Assembly: GCA_016712745.1 (NCBI GenBank)
Contig: JADJQN010000001.1
Span: 462,770 to 526,769, forward strand
Direction: 5' to 3'
DNA from: Sandaracinaceae bacterium
Lineage (GTDB): Bacteria; Myxococcota_A; Polyangia; Polyangiales; JADJQN01
DNA: 64,000 nucleotides
Shown: in pieces, positions 15,938 to 26,396 of the stretch
Layout: every line of letters begins with the position of its first letter
Numbering within the stretch: the first letter of the stretch is position 1
Made by a program: the position numbers and the translations under genes
The notes under the pieces: model-generated
What the model was told of the DNA's origin: nothing
The model's database searches: none
Seen by the model: the letters and a program-made list of their open reading frames with translations, nothing else

Positions 15938-16603
15938 ATGAGCACACGGGTTTATTTGATTCGCCATGGAGCGACGGTCTTGTCGGCCGAGGATCGCTTC
16001 GCCGGCGCAACGAACGTGGAGCTGTCTGAGGAGGGGATCGCGCAAGTGCGGGCACTGGCCGCGCGGCTTTCGGTAGAACACGTCGACGCGGTGTACTCGA
16101 GCCCGCTTAAGCGCACCCTCGACACCGCTCGCATTATCGCTGAACCGCATTCGGTACACGTGTCGTCCGATGATCGCCTGCGTGAAATTTCTCACGGGCG
16201 TTGGGAGGGGCTCACACGCGCCGAGGTCGAAGCCCGTTTCGAGGGCGAATACGCCAAATGGGAAGAAGACCCTTTCACCTTCGCGCCCGAATCAGGAGAG
16301 TCGGGCGTGGCCGCGATGGCGCGCGCGTTGCCTGCGATTCGAGATCTAGTGACCCGCAGCCAGGGCAAATGCATCGCTATCATCTCGCACAAGGCGACGA
16401 TACGTCTGATTCTGTGCGGCCTCTTGGGCATCGACGCACGTGGCTATCGCGACCGATTGGACCAATCGCCGGCCAGCCTTAACGTCCTCGAGTTCAAGGA
16501 TGTCGTGCGTGCGCGACTGATGACCTACAACGACACATCTCACTACACGGTTAGCCCGCGTCGACCGGAGGGCTTGTCCAAGTGGTGGCCCGCGAAAGCG
16601 TAA
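15938..16603 (+). CDS. histidine phosphatase family protein (phosphoglycerate mutase-like)
   Basis: VYLIRHGATV (RHG motif) ...VYSSPLKRTLDTARIIA...ISHGRWEGL...IISHKATIR. Confidence 0.85.
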   Translation: MSTRVYLIRHGATVLSAEDRFAGATNVELSEEGIAQVRALAARLSVEHVDAVYSSPLKRTLDTARIIAEPHSVHVSSDDRLREISHGRWEGLTRAEVEARFEGEYAKWEEDPFTFAPESGESGVAAMARALPAIRDLVTRSQGKCIAIISHKATIRLILCGLLGIDARGYRDRLDQSPASLNVLEFKDVVRARLMTYNDTSHYTVSPRRPEGLSKWWPAKA

Positions 16604-16610
16604 TCCAGTT

Positions 16611-19600
16611 CTACTGCGGAGCGGGAATCGGCTCGCCGCGATCGAGTGCCGCAATGGCGCGCTCCGCTTCCTGCGCTGAACGGCTATGTCCATTGTCGGT
16701 TGCAAGGCGCAAAACTTCACGGAGTAAGCGGCGCGCTTCTTCACGTTCGCCTAGCTTCTCGTCGACGATCGCCAACATGAGCTTGCCCTCGATTAGATCC
16801 CACACGTAGCCGTGATCGGAAGCATATTGAATCGCCTCCACGATGCGCGCCCGACCCTCGCTTGATCCGAACTTACTCGCGTCGATATAACCCAGAACGC
16901 GAAGGTTCATGATCTCGAGCTTCTCGTAGCCACGCTCACGCGCGAGTTCGTAGCTGTAGCGTAAAGATGCAAACGCCCGTTTGAAATCAGCGAGGCGCAG
17001 GTACGCTTCACCGATGTTGTGCGCGTTGACGGCGCACTCATAGTCGAATCCGTATTCCTTCGCTAGATCAAGCGCTTTTTGTGCGCATTCGATGCTGCGC
17101 TCGTGATCTTCGGCGTAAAAGCAAAGCAGCGACTCGAACTTCAATAGCTCGCAATCTGTGAAGCGGTCCGGTGCAAGCTTCGCAAGGTCTCGCGCTTCGC
17201 CGAGCGTGCGGAATGCCGCTGCGGAATCGCCGCTCGACGCGAACGCAAGCGAGAGCGGAATCAGGCAGCGGATCTGCGCCGGCAGGTCGCCAAGCTCACG
17301 CGAAACCTCAAGAGCCTCTTTGAACGCGGCGACTGCGCGAACGTGCTCGCCGTTGCGCGAGTCAGCTTCGGCGGCCGCGAGCGCGCCATCGCGTAGCAGT
17401 GCGCGATCGTTAAGGCGGCGCGCGATGTCGCGGCCACGGTCGAGCCAGTGTCGGCCCTCTTCGAACTTGAGCGCGTTGATGAGCAGGCGGCCGCGCATTA
17501 TGGAGAAGCGCGCGATGTCCGATTCACGGCCCAACGTTTCGGCGATTTCGATCGCCGCGGCCAGGTGCTTGGCACCCTCTTCCAAATCACGCCCGCGGAA
17601 AGCCAGATCACCCAGACGGCGGTAGAGAAAGAGCATTCGGTCGCGGTCGGGCGTTGCGAGTTGGCCCAGCATTGAGATGGCCGCACCCAGGTTGCGGATG
17701 GCCGATCCAAACGCGTTCTCGCCTTCCATTCGCGTGGCGGCGCGCTCGAGATAGTCGATTGCGCGCACGCGATCACCTGCCTCGCGCCAATGGTGTGCCA
17801 ACGTGTCGGCGAGTTCATCGAGACGCTGCGGATGCAGTTCTTCGAGCGCGCTCGCGACCGATCGATGCATCTCGCGTTTGCCGTCCACAGAGAGACTGTC
17901 GCGGAGAACCTCGCCGACGAGGTCGTTGCTAAACCCGTACTCACTTGGCCCAAGTGCAACGAAGAGCTGCTTACGCACCAGCGCTTGGAAGCTCTTTCCG
18001 GTTGTTGCAAGCTCTTGGCCTGTCACGCAGGCAACGAGATCTGCGTTGAACCGCGTGCCGATGATGGCCGCGACCTGCAGAACATGTCGCTCCGTCGTCT
18101 CAAGGCGCGCCAGGCGCGACGCCACGATGCCCCGCAACGACTTCGGGACTTCAATCTCCGCCACCTCGCGACGGTACACGACGCGCCCCTCGACTACTTC
18201 GACAGCTCCGCTGGCTGCTAGCGTCTTTAGATACTCCTCGACGTAGAGAGGATTGCCGCCACTCTTCAAGCGCATCTCTTGAAGAAGCTCAACGAAGACT
18301 TCTTCGGCTCGCAAGCGCACCGCCGTGAGGCGTGCGACATCGTCGTCGGAGAGTGGGCCAAGGGTATGCTGCGAGAAGTTGGGGAGGTTCGCCCAAGGAT
18401 GCTGAAAGCCTGGACGGCCTGCGAGCAGTACGGCGATCCGCGCGCCGCCCCGTGCGCGCATCAATCCCTCGAGTAGCTTCTGCGTGTCCGGATCCATTGC
18501 GTCGGCCGCGTCCCACACAAACACGCTCAGTCGATCTTTCGCCAAGCGAGTCGACATCCGCAGGACAGCGGTATGCAGCGACTGACCGATTTGAACTCGG
18601 TCGCCGTCGTTTCCCAAGCCGAGGACGATCCGCACCGCGTCCAACTCCTCGGTGCTTAGGCCAAGCTCGCGCGCACGCCCCACCTTTTCGCGCGCAATGG
18701 CGTCGCTGTCCGACTCGTCAATGCCGAGCACCACACGAAGCATCTCGTGAGTGGCGGCGTAGGGGACGTTGGCCTCGTGGGCAGCACACACGGCGAAATA
18801 GACACCAGCGTCATGGCCGCCGAGTTTCAGGCGTCGCAATGTCTCGTGTACAAGGCGCGACTTGCCAGCGCCGGCCTCGCCGGTAATCAGAAAAATGCGT
18901 TGCTGGTTACGGTTCGCAATGGCGAATTCTTCGCCGATGCGCTTCAGTTCCTCGCGCCGCCCGACAAACTTTCCGTACGCTTCGCTCGCATCGCGCTCCG
19001 CTACGACTACAGACGTGTCGCGCATATTGAGGTCAGTGGATTCGAGGTGGAAGCGCGCCCGCAGAAGCTTTTCCGTGGGCGCGCTGACGGTGATTTTGCC
19101 GTCATCACTTGCGTCCGCGAGGTCACGCGCGAGCTGCACAAGGGAAGACGCGCGCTCGTCCGGCAATGGGTTTCCGTCGAGGTCGACGTAGACGCGGCCG
19201 GCGTGGAGTCCAATGCGGACGTGCGACTTTGGATCGTCGGCGGCCGTTTCGTTTCGCGCTGCACGAGCAATCTGCAACGCGCAACGTGCTGCTGTGTCCG
19301 TATCGCGCCCGTCGGGTTCGCGAATTCCAAATAGCGCCGTGATGAGCACTTCGTCGTCGCCGGCATCAAACGCATTTTGCGAGATTGTGCCGCCGAATCG
19401 GTGAATGACGCGTTCGGCGGGCCCAAGCTCACGTGCGTGTTCTCGCCGCGCGGACGCGACCAAGACCGTCACGTCGTGGCTCTCGGCGCTGGGCCGTACC
19501 GGGGTGAGCGAGTTGCGCAGTATCCCGGAAATAAGTGAGCGTCTCGCCACCACGCGGCCCGAAGGAATTTCAGACGGCGTCGGCTCGGGCGCGCGCGAGA

Positions 19601-20612
19601 GTGTGGAGCTGCTTGGCTCTTCGAACGCCGCTCGTAGCAGCGCGTCGGCCCCGTCCATCGCCCCAACCGCAGCTTCGGTTGCTGCACGTAACTCGCCTAG
19701 ATACTCGGTCAGGTCCGACGCTCCGACACGGCGTCCACTCGCGTACAAGAATTGAATCAGCTCTTCGTACATGCGCCCGGCATTGGCCGGTCGCTCGTTT
19801 GGATCGGTTGCCATAGCGCTACGCACGATGGACACGAGCTCCTGGGCTAAGTCTGGCAGCCGCTCTTGAATTGGCTGCAAATCGCCGCTGCGCACTCGCT
19901 GAAGGGTCTCGTAGGCAGAGTCGGCCACGAACGGATTTGCTCCCGTGAGAGCCTCGTACAGCATTGTGCCAAGCGAGAAGAGGTCAGCACGCGCGTCGAG
20001 CGCGATTCCCTCGGCCTGCTCCGGCGCCATGTACGAGTATTTCCCTTTGAGCATTCCAGGCTCGCCGTCCTCTTCGACGCTCGTGCGAGCCTTGGCGATA
20101 CCGAAATCTGTGAGCTTAACCTCGCCCTCCCAGCTCAGAAGCACGTTCTGGGGCGACACGTCGCAGTGCACGATGTTGAGCGGGCGCATCGCGGCATCGC
20201 GTCGGCGGTGCGCGTAGTCGAGTGCCTTCGCGAGCTCGCTCATCACATAGACGACAAGCTCACGCGACATCGGTCGGTTGTACCGACGGCCAAGGCGCAG
20301 GACCGTCGCGAGATCCAGACCCGCGACGTATTCCATCGCGATAAAGTAAGTGTCTTCGAATCGACCAAGGTCAAAGACTTGAACAATGTTCGCGTGCGAA
20401 AGCGTGACGGCAATCTTCGCCTCGTTGATAAACATCTCGACGAACTGCGGGTGCCGGCTGAGCTCCGGCAGAATTCGCTTTATGACAAGGATCTTTTCAA
20501 AACCCTCAACGCCGTGCGACTTGGCCTTGAACACTTCGGCCATGCCCCCGCGCGCGAGCAGCTCGAGAAGCTGATACTTGCCGTAAACTACCGGTGCGGC
20601 CTTTGGATCCAC
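16611..20612 (-). CDS. Ser/Thr protein kinase fused to a STAND-type AAA ATPase and TPR repeats (1333 aa)
   Basis: Kinase: YQLLELLARGGMAEVFKA...VIKRI...IVHCDVSPQNVLL...LTDFGIAKA...YMAPEQ. P-loop: IFLITGEAGAGKSRLVHE. The C-terminal 450 aa or so are TPR-like. Between kinase and ATPase is a possible degenerate nucleotidyl-cyclase-like segment (VTVLVASARRE...IGLHAGRVYVD), which I could not confirm. Confidence 0.9.
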   Translation of the reverse strand: MDPKAAPVVYGKYQLLELLARGGMAEVFKAKSHGVEGFEKILVIKRILPELSRHPQFVEMFINEAKIAVTLSHANIVQVFDLGRFEDTYFIAMEYVAGLDLATVLRLGRRYNRPMSRELVVYVMSELAKALDYAHRRRDAAMRPLNIVHCDVSPQNVLLSWEGEVKLTDFGIAKARTSVEEDGEPGMLKGKYSYMAPEQAEGIALDARADLFSLGTMLYEALTGANPFVADSAYETLQRVRSGDLQPIQERLPDLAQELVSIVRSAMATDPNERPANAGRMYEELIQFLYASGRRVGASDLTEYLGELRAATEAAVGAMDGADALLRAAFEEPSSSTLSRAPEPTPSEIPSGRVVARRSLISGILRNSLTPVRPSAESHDVTVLVASARREHARELGPAERVIHRFGGTISQNAFDAGDDEVLITALFGIREPDGRDTDTAARCALQIARAARNETAADDPKSHVRIGLHAGRVYVDLDGNPLPDERASSLVQLARDLADASDDGKITVSAPTEKLLRARFHLESTDLNMRDTSVVVAERDASEAYGKFVGRREELKRIGEEFAIANRNQQRIFLITGEAGAGKSRLVHETLRRLKLGGHDAGVYFAVCAAHEANVPYAATHEMLRVVLGIDESDSDAIAREKVGRARELGLSTEELDAVRIVLGLGNDGDRVQIGQSLHTAVLRMSTRLAKDRLSVFVWDAADAMDPDTQKLLEGLMRARGGARIAVLLAGRPGFQHPWANLPNFSQHTLGPLSDDDVARLTAVRLRAEEVFVELLQEMRLKSGGNPLYVEEYLKTLAASGAVEVVEGRVVYRREVAEIEVPKSLRGIVASRLARLETTERHVLQVAAIIGTRFNADLVACVTGQELATTGKSFQALVRKQLFVALGPSEYGFSNDLVGEVLRDSLSVDGKREMHRSVASALEELHPQRLDELADTLAHHWREAGDRVRAIDYLERAATRMEGENAFGSAIRNLGAAISMLGQLATPDRDRMLFLYRRLGDLAFRGRDLEEGAKHLAAAIEIAETLGRESDIARFSIMRGRLLINALKFEEGRHWLDRGRDIARRLNDRALLRDGALAAAEADSRNGEHVRAVAAFKEALEVSRELGDLPAQIRCLIPLSLAFASSGDSAAAFRTLGEARDLAKLAPDRFTDCELLKFESLLCFYAEDHERSIECAQKALDLAKEYGFDYECAVNAHNIGEAYLRLADFKRAFASLRYSYELARERGYEKLEIMNLRVLGYIDASKFGSSEGRARIVEAIQYASDHGYVWDLIEGKLMLAIVDEKLGEREEARRLLREVLRLATDNGHSRSAQEAERAIAALDRGEPIPAPQ

Positions 20613-20665
20613 GCTCGTCTGCCATCGAAAGGTTCAACCGGACCCTTCCGCCCCTGTGGCCAAGT

Positions 20666-22534
20666 TCATATCACCGCAGCGCTCTCGACGCTATTAGCTG
20701 CGCTCGCGAACTGGAGGAGATGTAGGCGCGCGTATACCCCGTCCAGCTGCAGTAGTTGCGTGTGGGTTCCCTGCTCGACAATTTCGCCCTTGTGAAAGAC
20801 CAGGATTCGGTCGGCTTTCCGAATGGTCGACAGCCGATGCGCGATGACGATGCCGGTGCGACCCGCAAGCACTTCATCCACTGCCACTTGCAAGCGTGCT
20901 TCAGTCTCACTGTCAATGTTGGCGGTCGCCTCATCGAGAATGAGCATCTCAGGGTCGCGATAGAGGGCGCGCGCGAAAGCGAGCAGCTGCTTCTCGCCGG
21001 AGCTGAAGTTGCTGCCGCGCTCAGCGACCTTCGCAAAAATTCCGCCCTCGCGAGCAGCAAGACAATCCATCGCGCCGACACGCGAAAGCGCCTGTCGCAC
21101 GCGTTCCTCGCTGGGGCGAGGATCGCCCACCGCGATGTTCGAGAACACGTCGCCGGCGAAGAGGAAAACGTCCTGCGGTACGACGGCAAACTTATTGCGC
21201 AGCTCCTCGCGTCCGTAAGCGCGCACGTCTTTGCCGTCAACGAAAATCGCGCCGGCATTCATTTCGTAAAGGCGCAGCAGCAACGCCGTCACCGTGGTCT
21301 TGCCGGCGCCCGTTGCTCCGACGACAGCGACGCGTTCCCCGCGCCGTACGTCGAATGAAACGTCACTGAGCACGCGCTCCCCATCGCGGTACGCAAAGCT
21401 TACGTGGTCAAATCGGATTGCGACGCCCGCATCGGGTGGAGGCGGCAAATCACTCGGAGTGACGCCGGCGGGAGCGTCCGGCTCCTTCGTGTCGAGCAGC
21501 GAGAATATGCGCTCCGCCGAAGCGAGTGATTGTTGAACGATGGTGTATTTCGTAGACAAATCGCGGATGGGCACGAAGAAGCGCTGCATGTATTCGTAGA
21601 ACGCGACCACCGTTCCGACATAGACCGCGTTCGCTGCGGTTCCCTCGATAAAGCCCGCCCTCACGCCTGCGTACCACAAGACCAGTGCGACGCACGCAGC
21701 GGCAACCGACTCGACCACGGAATAAAGAAGCGCGTCGTACTTAATCGCGTTGTAGTTTGCATCGCGGTAGTTCGCGTTGATTGAGTCGTATTCGTTGCGA
21801 CATGGCTCTTCGCGGCCGAACGCCTGCACGATGGCTACGCCTTGAACCTGCTCGGAAAGGTAGGCATTCAAGCGCGCCGTCAGCGCTCGAATCGAGCGGA
21901 ACGCATCGCGCGCGTAGCGTCGGAAGCCGTTCACCGCGAGTGCCAACGGCGGCAATGCGGCGAACGCGATTAGGCTCAAGCGCCAGTCGATCATCAGCAT
22001 CGAAACGATGATGCCAACAAGCGTCAGGACGTCAGCGATGGCCATGACCGCGCCTGATGCGAAGAGCTCGCCGAGTGCATCGACGTCGTTGGTCACACGC
22101 GTGACCACGCGCCCCACGGGCGTTCGATCAAAGTAGCCCACACGCAGGCCCTGCACGTGCGCGAAGACGGCGCGGCGCAGATCGCCCATGCTGCGCTGTC
22201 CGGCAAGTTGCATCAAATAGACCTGCGCGAAACGCGCCACGAACTCGACCGCAATTGCGATCACGTACATCCACGTGATGCTCTGTAAGACACTCTCGCT
22301 GTGCTCTTGTACGGCGGCGCTTACCGCGCGGCCCATAAGTCGCGGCTGCTGAATCGATGCGATTGTCACCACTGGCATCAATCCGAACGCGACCACAAAG
22401 AGCCAAAGATGGCCCTTTACGTACGGCCAAAGTCGCCGCAAAAGCGTTATATCCGCGCCGGCTTCGACGTTCTGCTCCTCGTGAAAGGCGCGAAGTAAAT
22501 CAGCGGTTTTCTTCTTCGGAGCCGTGTCGCTCAT
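20666..22534 (-). CDS. ABC transporter, fused permease/ATP-binding protein (type I exporter half-transporter)
   Basis: Six-helix TMD, then Walker A VVGATGAGKTT, signature FSSGEKQLLAFARAL and Walker B MLILDEATANID. The ATG at 22534 forms an ATGA overlap with the upstream ABC gene; the ORF-track start at 22603 is unlikely. Confidence 0.9.
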   Translation of the reverse strand: MSDTAPKKKTADLLRAFHEEQNVEAGADITLLRRLWPYVKGHLWLFVVAFGLMPVVTIASIQQPRLMGRAVSAAVQEHSESVLQSITWMYVIAIAVEFVARFAQVYLMQLAGQRSMGDLRRAVFAHVQGLRVGYFDRTPVGRVVTRVTNDVDALGELFASGAVMAIADVLTLVGIIVSMLMIDWRLSLIAFAALPPLALAVNGFRRYARDAFRSIRALTARLNAYLSEQVQGVAIVQAFGREEPCRNEYDSINANYRDANYNAIKYDALLYSVVESVAAACVALVLWYAGVRAGFIEGTAANAVYVGTVVAFYEYMQRFFVPIRDLSTKYTIVQQSLASAERIFSLLDTKEPDAPAGVTPSDLPPPPDAGVAIRFDHVSFAYRDGERVLSDVSFDVRRGERVAVVGATGAGKTTVTALLLRLYEMNAGAIFVDGKDVRAYGREELRNKFAVVPQDVFLFAGDVFSNIAVGDPRPSEERVRQALSRVGAMDCLAAREGGIFAKVAERGSNFSSGEKQLLAFARALYRDPEMLILDEATANIDSETEARLQVAVDEVLAGRTGIVIAHRLSTIRKADRILVFHKGEIVEQGTHTQLLQLDGVYARLHLLQFASAANSVESAAVI

Positions 22535-24295
22535 AGCGTCGACAACTCCTCTTCCAGCCGCTGGCGCGCCGCGAGCCTGGAGTACAAACCGTTCTGAGCG
22601 CAAAGCTCCTGATGCGTGCCTCGCTCGACGATGCGGCCTTTTTCGAGCACGACCACATCATCCGCGCGAGCAGCCGCTGCGATGCGATTGGTGATGAGTA
22701 CGAGCGTGCGCCCTTCCCCCACGCGATCGAGTGCTTTCAAAATCTGCGCTTCCGTCTTCGCGTCCACGGCACTCAGCGGATCATCCAGTACCAATACCGC
22801 CGGCTGGTTTAAAAGTGCACGCGCGAGCGAGATGCGCTGCTTCTGGCCGCCTGAAAGTTGAACGCCGCGCTCGCCGACAATGGTATCGAAACCGTCGGGC
22901 ATGCCTTGGATTTCGTCGAGAATCGACGCCTCGCGCGCAGCGTCGCGAATGCGAGCCATCGACTCCGCCGAATCGGGATCTTCGAGCGAGAATCCGATGT
23001 TGTGAGCGATAGTCGTGGAAAACAGAAACGGCTCCTGCTGCGCGTAGCCGACCGCTTTGCGCAGTTCGCGCACGCGCAGCTTCGTGATGTCCTCACCGTC
23101 GAGGAATACGCTCCCTTTCGGCGTTGAAAGCAGGCGGGGGAGCAATGACGCGAGCGTTGTCTTGCCCGATCCCGTCGGTCCGACGATCGCAAGCGAGGCT
23201 TTGGCAGGCACATCAAAGGAGACTTGATCCAGGGCGAGCGGCGCGTCATCGCGGTGCTTGTAGCTGAGCGCCTCGACGCGCACGGAGCCTTCGCCTGTTG
23301 CATCTTTCGCGTCCGGCGCCTCGACGATGTCAGGATCTGCGTCGAGCAGTTCGCGGATACGACCGTACGACGCGCGCCCGCGCTGCACCACCGAGAGGAT
23401 GTAGCCGAAGGCAAGCGTCGGCCACAGCAGCTGGCCCAGATAGGCATGGAACGCCGCGAACTGGCCTGGTGTGAGCTCGCCGTGCAAAACCATGCGGCCG
23501 CCCATCCACAGCACGATGAGGCTCCCAATCGAGCTGCCCGACATCAGTACCGGCCACATCACGCCGCGCAGAGTGACGAGAGACATATTCTTCTTGATGG
23601 CGATTTGATTTACGGCCTCGAAGCGCTCGGCTTCGTGCTTTTCAAGAGCAAGGCTTCGCACCACACGAACGCCGGCGAGGTTTTCCTGCGCGCGATCAGC
23701 CAGCTGTCCCAGGGCTTGTTGGGCTTCGACGCTGCGCTTGAACATGGCGCGCGAAAATCCCCGAGCGACGAGAATGAAGAAGGGATAGGGAATCACCGCG
23801 AACATCGTGAGACGCGGTGAAATCGTGATCATGAGGTGCGATGCCCGACACGTACGCGACCACGGAGTTGACGACGTTCAGCACACCAAATCCCAAAAGC
23901 AGGCGCACCTGTCCCAAATCGTTGATGGCTCGGCTCATGATCTCGCCAGTATGCATCCGGCGAAAAAAACTCGGACCGAGCAGATGCAGTCGATCCAGAA
24001 TGGAGCCGCGAATCTCGTATTCGGCGTCGCGGGCAACATCGAATAAGCGACGGCGCGACATTGTGCGCACGACGCCCATGACCAAAGCGCAGCCAATCAC
24101 TCCCAACGCGAAGTTGCGGACCTCGGCGTAATTGGAATGCGTAAGCGCGTCGATGGCGTGCTGAAGAAGCCACGGGATGGCTTTGTCGAACGCATTCGTA
24201 AGGAGCAGCAGGACGAAGCCCGAAGTGACGGCCGCTTTGTGCGGGCGCAGATAGCTAAAGACCGAGCGTCCCTTCTCCGGGTTCTGCGAGCTCAT
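22531..24295 (-). pseudogene. ABC transporter permease/ATP-binding protein, reading frame broken near 23835 (frameshift or sequencing error)
   Basis: N-terminal TMD ORF (24295 down to ...NVVNSVVAYVSGIA) and C-terminal ORF (LMITISPRLTMFAVIPYPFF... Walker A IVGPTGSGKTT, LSGGQKQRISLARAL, VLVLDDPLSAVD) are contiguous parts of one exporter, but lie in frames offset by one base at gcaCCtcatg. Confidence 0.85.
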
Positions 24296-25461
24296 CCGCC
24301 GGCGCGCTTCCGGGCTGTTCGTTCGATGCCGCCCCATGCCTGATGGGCCTTGCCTGCCATCTTCGTATCGCCGAGCGCCTCGTAGAGCGCCGGCATTGCG
24401 ACGTAAATGGCGCTTCCATCTTTTTGCGCGGCCTCGTAGGCGCGCCGCAACGCGGCAAGCTCGACGTCACCGGGGACGATGGCTTTGCCGTAAATCATGA
24501 GGCGGGATCCTTCGAGCGTCTCCTCGCGTTGCGCGACCAGGGAGACTCCGCGTGGAAGCGTTGCGGCTACCTTCTCGAGCTGTCGCGATTCGTCGCAGAG
24601 AGCGATGAAGCGAAAGCGTTTCTCGTCACCTTCCCGTAAGCGCGCAAGCAGCGCGAAGCACGGCACGGGCTCGCCGCTTGCGGCGTCATCACGGACGCTG
24701 ACCGGCGCAGAATCCCACAGAACAAGATCGCCAACGTCGACGAGGCCGTCGCCCCAGCTTGGGGTCACGACGACGCCGTGACAGGGGCTGAGCGGCGTGA
24801 TCTGCAGAATCTCAAAGCGCGCGGGCGCGTCCGGTCGCGCTTCTGGGCCGACCGCTGGCTTGGTGGCGACGCGCAGCTCCGCGCTGGGAAGACCCGGCAC
24901 GAAGGGCATCCCCCCAGGGGAGAGTTCCGCAGGCAATCCGATTGCAGCGAAGCAAGCGACCGCGACGGAGCCTTGACCGCTGGCGAGCGCGCATAGCGCC
25001 ACATCAAGGCAGAGCCGTTTGTCGTGGGGGGCGAGCGCGTATGCATGTTGATACGCGGTGCATGCCTGGCCCCACGCACCTCTCCATTTTTGGACCGTGC
25101 CCAGTTCTTTCCATGCAGCAAGCCACTTTGCGTCGAGCGCTACGGCGCGCTCCACTGCCACCATCGCTTCGTCGAGGTCGCCTTGATTGGCAAGGCGCAG
25201 ACCCTGGCTGAGCCCTAGCCACAAAGGCCCGGCAAGTGCGCCCACCAGTCGATCAGGGCCTGACATCTTGGCGAGCGCCGCCCGGCTCAGCTTCACCATG
25301 GCGTGGGCAGCGGTCGCGTCGAGGAGCGGTTCGTCGACCGCGCGTCGGCTCGCCACCTCCGCGAGCGCCGTCAGTGCATCGCGCACGGCGGGCAGGTCCG
25401 CTGGATTTTGAAGCGCGTCTTCGGCTAGCCGCACTGCATCAAGATTTGCGCTCGCGTTCAT
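24292..25461 (-). CDS. hypothetical protein with a helical-repeat (TPR-like) N-terminal half and an unknown C-terminal domain
   Basis: 389 aa. ATGA overlap with the downstream ABC gene. TPR-like segment: LANQGDLDEAMVAVERAVALDAKWLAAWKELGTVQKWRGAWGQACTAYQHAYALAP. No family recognised for the C-terminal half. Confidence 0.6.
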   Translation of the reverse strand: MNASANLDAVRLAEDALQNPADLPAVRDALTALAEVASRRAVDEPLLDATAAHAMVKLSRAALAKMSGPDRLVGALAGPLWLGLSQGLRLANQGDLDEAMVAVERAVALDAKWLAAWKELGTVQKWRGAWGQACTAYQHAYALAPHDKRLCLDVALCALASGQGSVAVACFAAIGLPAELSPGGMPFVPGLPSAELRVATKPAVGPEARPDAPARFEILQITPLSPCHGVVVTPSWGDGLVDVGDLVLWDSAPVSVRDDAASGEPVPCFALLARLREGDEKRFRFIALCDESRQLEKVAATLPRGVSLVAQREETLEGSRLMIYGKAIVPGDVELAALRRAYEAAQKDGSAIYVAMPALYEALGDTKMAGKAHQAWGGIERTARKRAGG

Positions 25462-25571
25462 GGTCTAGGAAAGGAAAGGGATTTTTCTCGGGTCGGACGC
25501 GAAGAAGGCCTTTGCGTCGCAGACGTTCGAACGTAGCATAGCCGCAGCCAAGTTTAGGAGCAGAAGACCAC

Positions 25572-26330
25572 GTGCGTAGGTTCGGAGTTGGAGTCACGGA
25601 CATCGGTCGCCGTCGTGTTTCGAACGAAGATGCATACTTCGTCGACGACGAGCTAGGCCTCTACGCGGTCGCTGACGGGATGGGCGGGCATAAGGCCGGC
25701 GAAGTCGCGAGCCAAGAAGCCATCGACACCCTTCACGGAATGGTGAAGCGCGGGGAGGACATCCTCCACCAAATCGCAGCCGGCAACACCTCGGAGGAGT
25801 TGCTTCGCAAAGCTACGCGCCTTCTCGAGAGTGCCGTGCAAGCTGCGACCTACATGGTCTTCAGTATTTCGCAGGTCGACCCGAACCAGCAAGGCATGGG
25901 CACGACCCTGTCGGCGCTCCTGGTCTGCGGCAAGATTGGAATCACGGCTCAAGTTGGTGACAGTCGCGTATATCTCGTGCGCGAGGGCGTCTGCTCGCAG
26001 CTCACCGAGGACCATACGCTTATCGCTTGGCAGATGAAGCAGGGGATTATCACCGCCGAGCAAGCCGCACACTCCCCGCACAAGAACGTGATCACGCGTG
26101 CAGTCGGCAGCCGTGAGTATGTGCAAGTCGATACCGCCGTGCTTTTGATACAGCCGGGCGACGCATTCCTGTTGTGCTCGGATGGCCTGCACGGCTACGT
26201 GCGCGACGAATCGGAGATTCCGCCGATGATCGAACTTGGTACCGAGCAAGCCGCACGTAGCCTGGTCGATATGGCCAACGAACGAGGCGGCCGCGACAAC
26301 ATCACCGCCGTTGTTATTCAGATCTCCTGA
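25572..26330 (+). CDS. PP2C-family Ser/Thr protein phosphatase (Stp1-like)
   Basis: VTDIGRRRVSNEDAY...LYAVADGMGGHKAGEVAS...LLCSDGL...GGRDNITAVVIQI. AGGAG lies upstream of the GTG start. Confidence 0.92.
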   Translation: MRRFGVGVTDIGRRRVSNEDAYFVDDELGLYAVADGMGGHKAGEVASQEAIDTLHGMVKRGEDILHQIAAGNTSEELLRKATRLLESAVQAATYMVFSISQVDPNQQGMGTTLSALLVCGKIGITAQVGDSRVYLVREGVCSQLTEDHTLIAWQMKQGIITAEQAAHSPHKNVITRAVGSREYVQVDTAVLLIQPGDAFLLCSDGLHGYVRDESEIPPMIELGTEQAARSLVDMANERGGRDNITAVVIQIS

Positions 26331-26396
26331 GCGCGAATATCCAACGTTAATGCGCGGATTGCCTTGCGCCGGGCGCGAAGCATTGTAGATCCCGGC

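Noticed and set aside
17900-19500. Adenylate/guanylate cyclase-like segment inside the 1333-aa kinase (…VTVLVASARRE…ITALFGIREPDGRDTD…IGLHAGRVYVD…).
   Set aside because: It resembles the layout of class III cyclase homology domains fused to AAA/TPR modules. I cannot verify the metal-binding Asp pair or substrate residues by eye, so it is mentioned only in the feature evidence.
23825-23845. Programmed ribosomal frameshifting at the four frame breaks (also about 40860, 46907 and 59095).
   Set aside because: I saw no slippery heptamer (X XXY YYZ) or downstream pseudoknot or stem at any site, and these gene families are not known to use recoding. Indel error or mutation is the simpler explanation.
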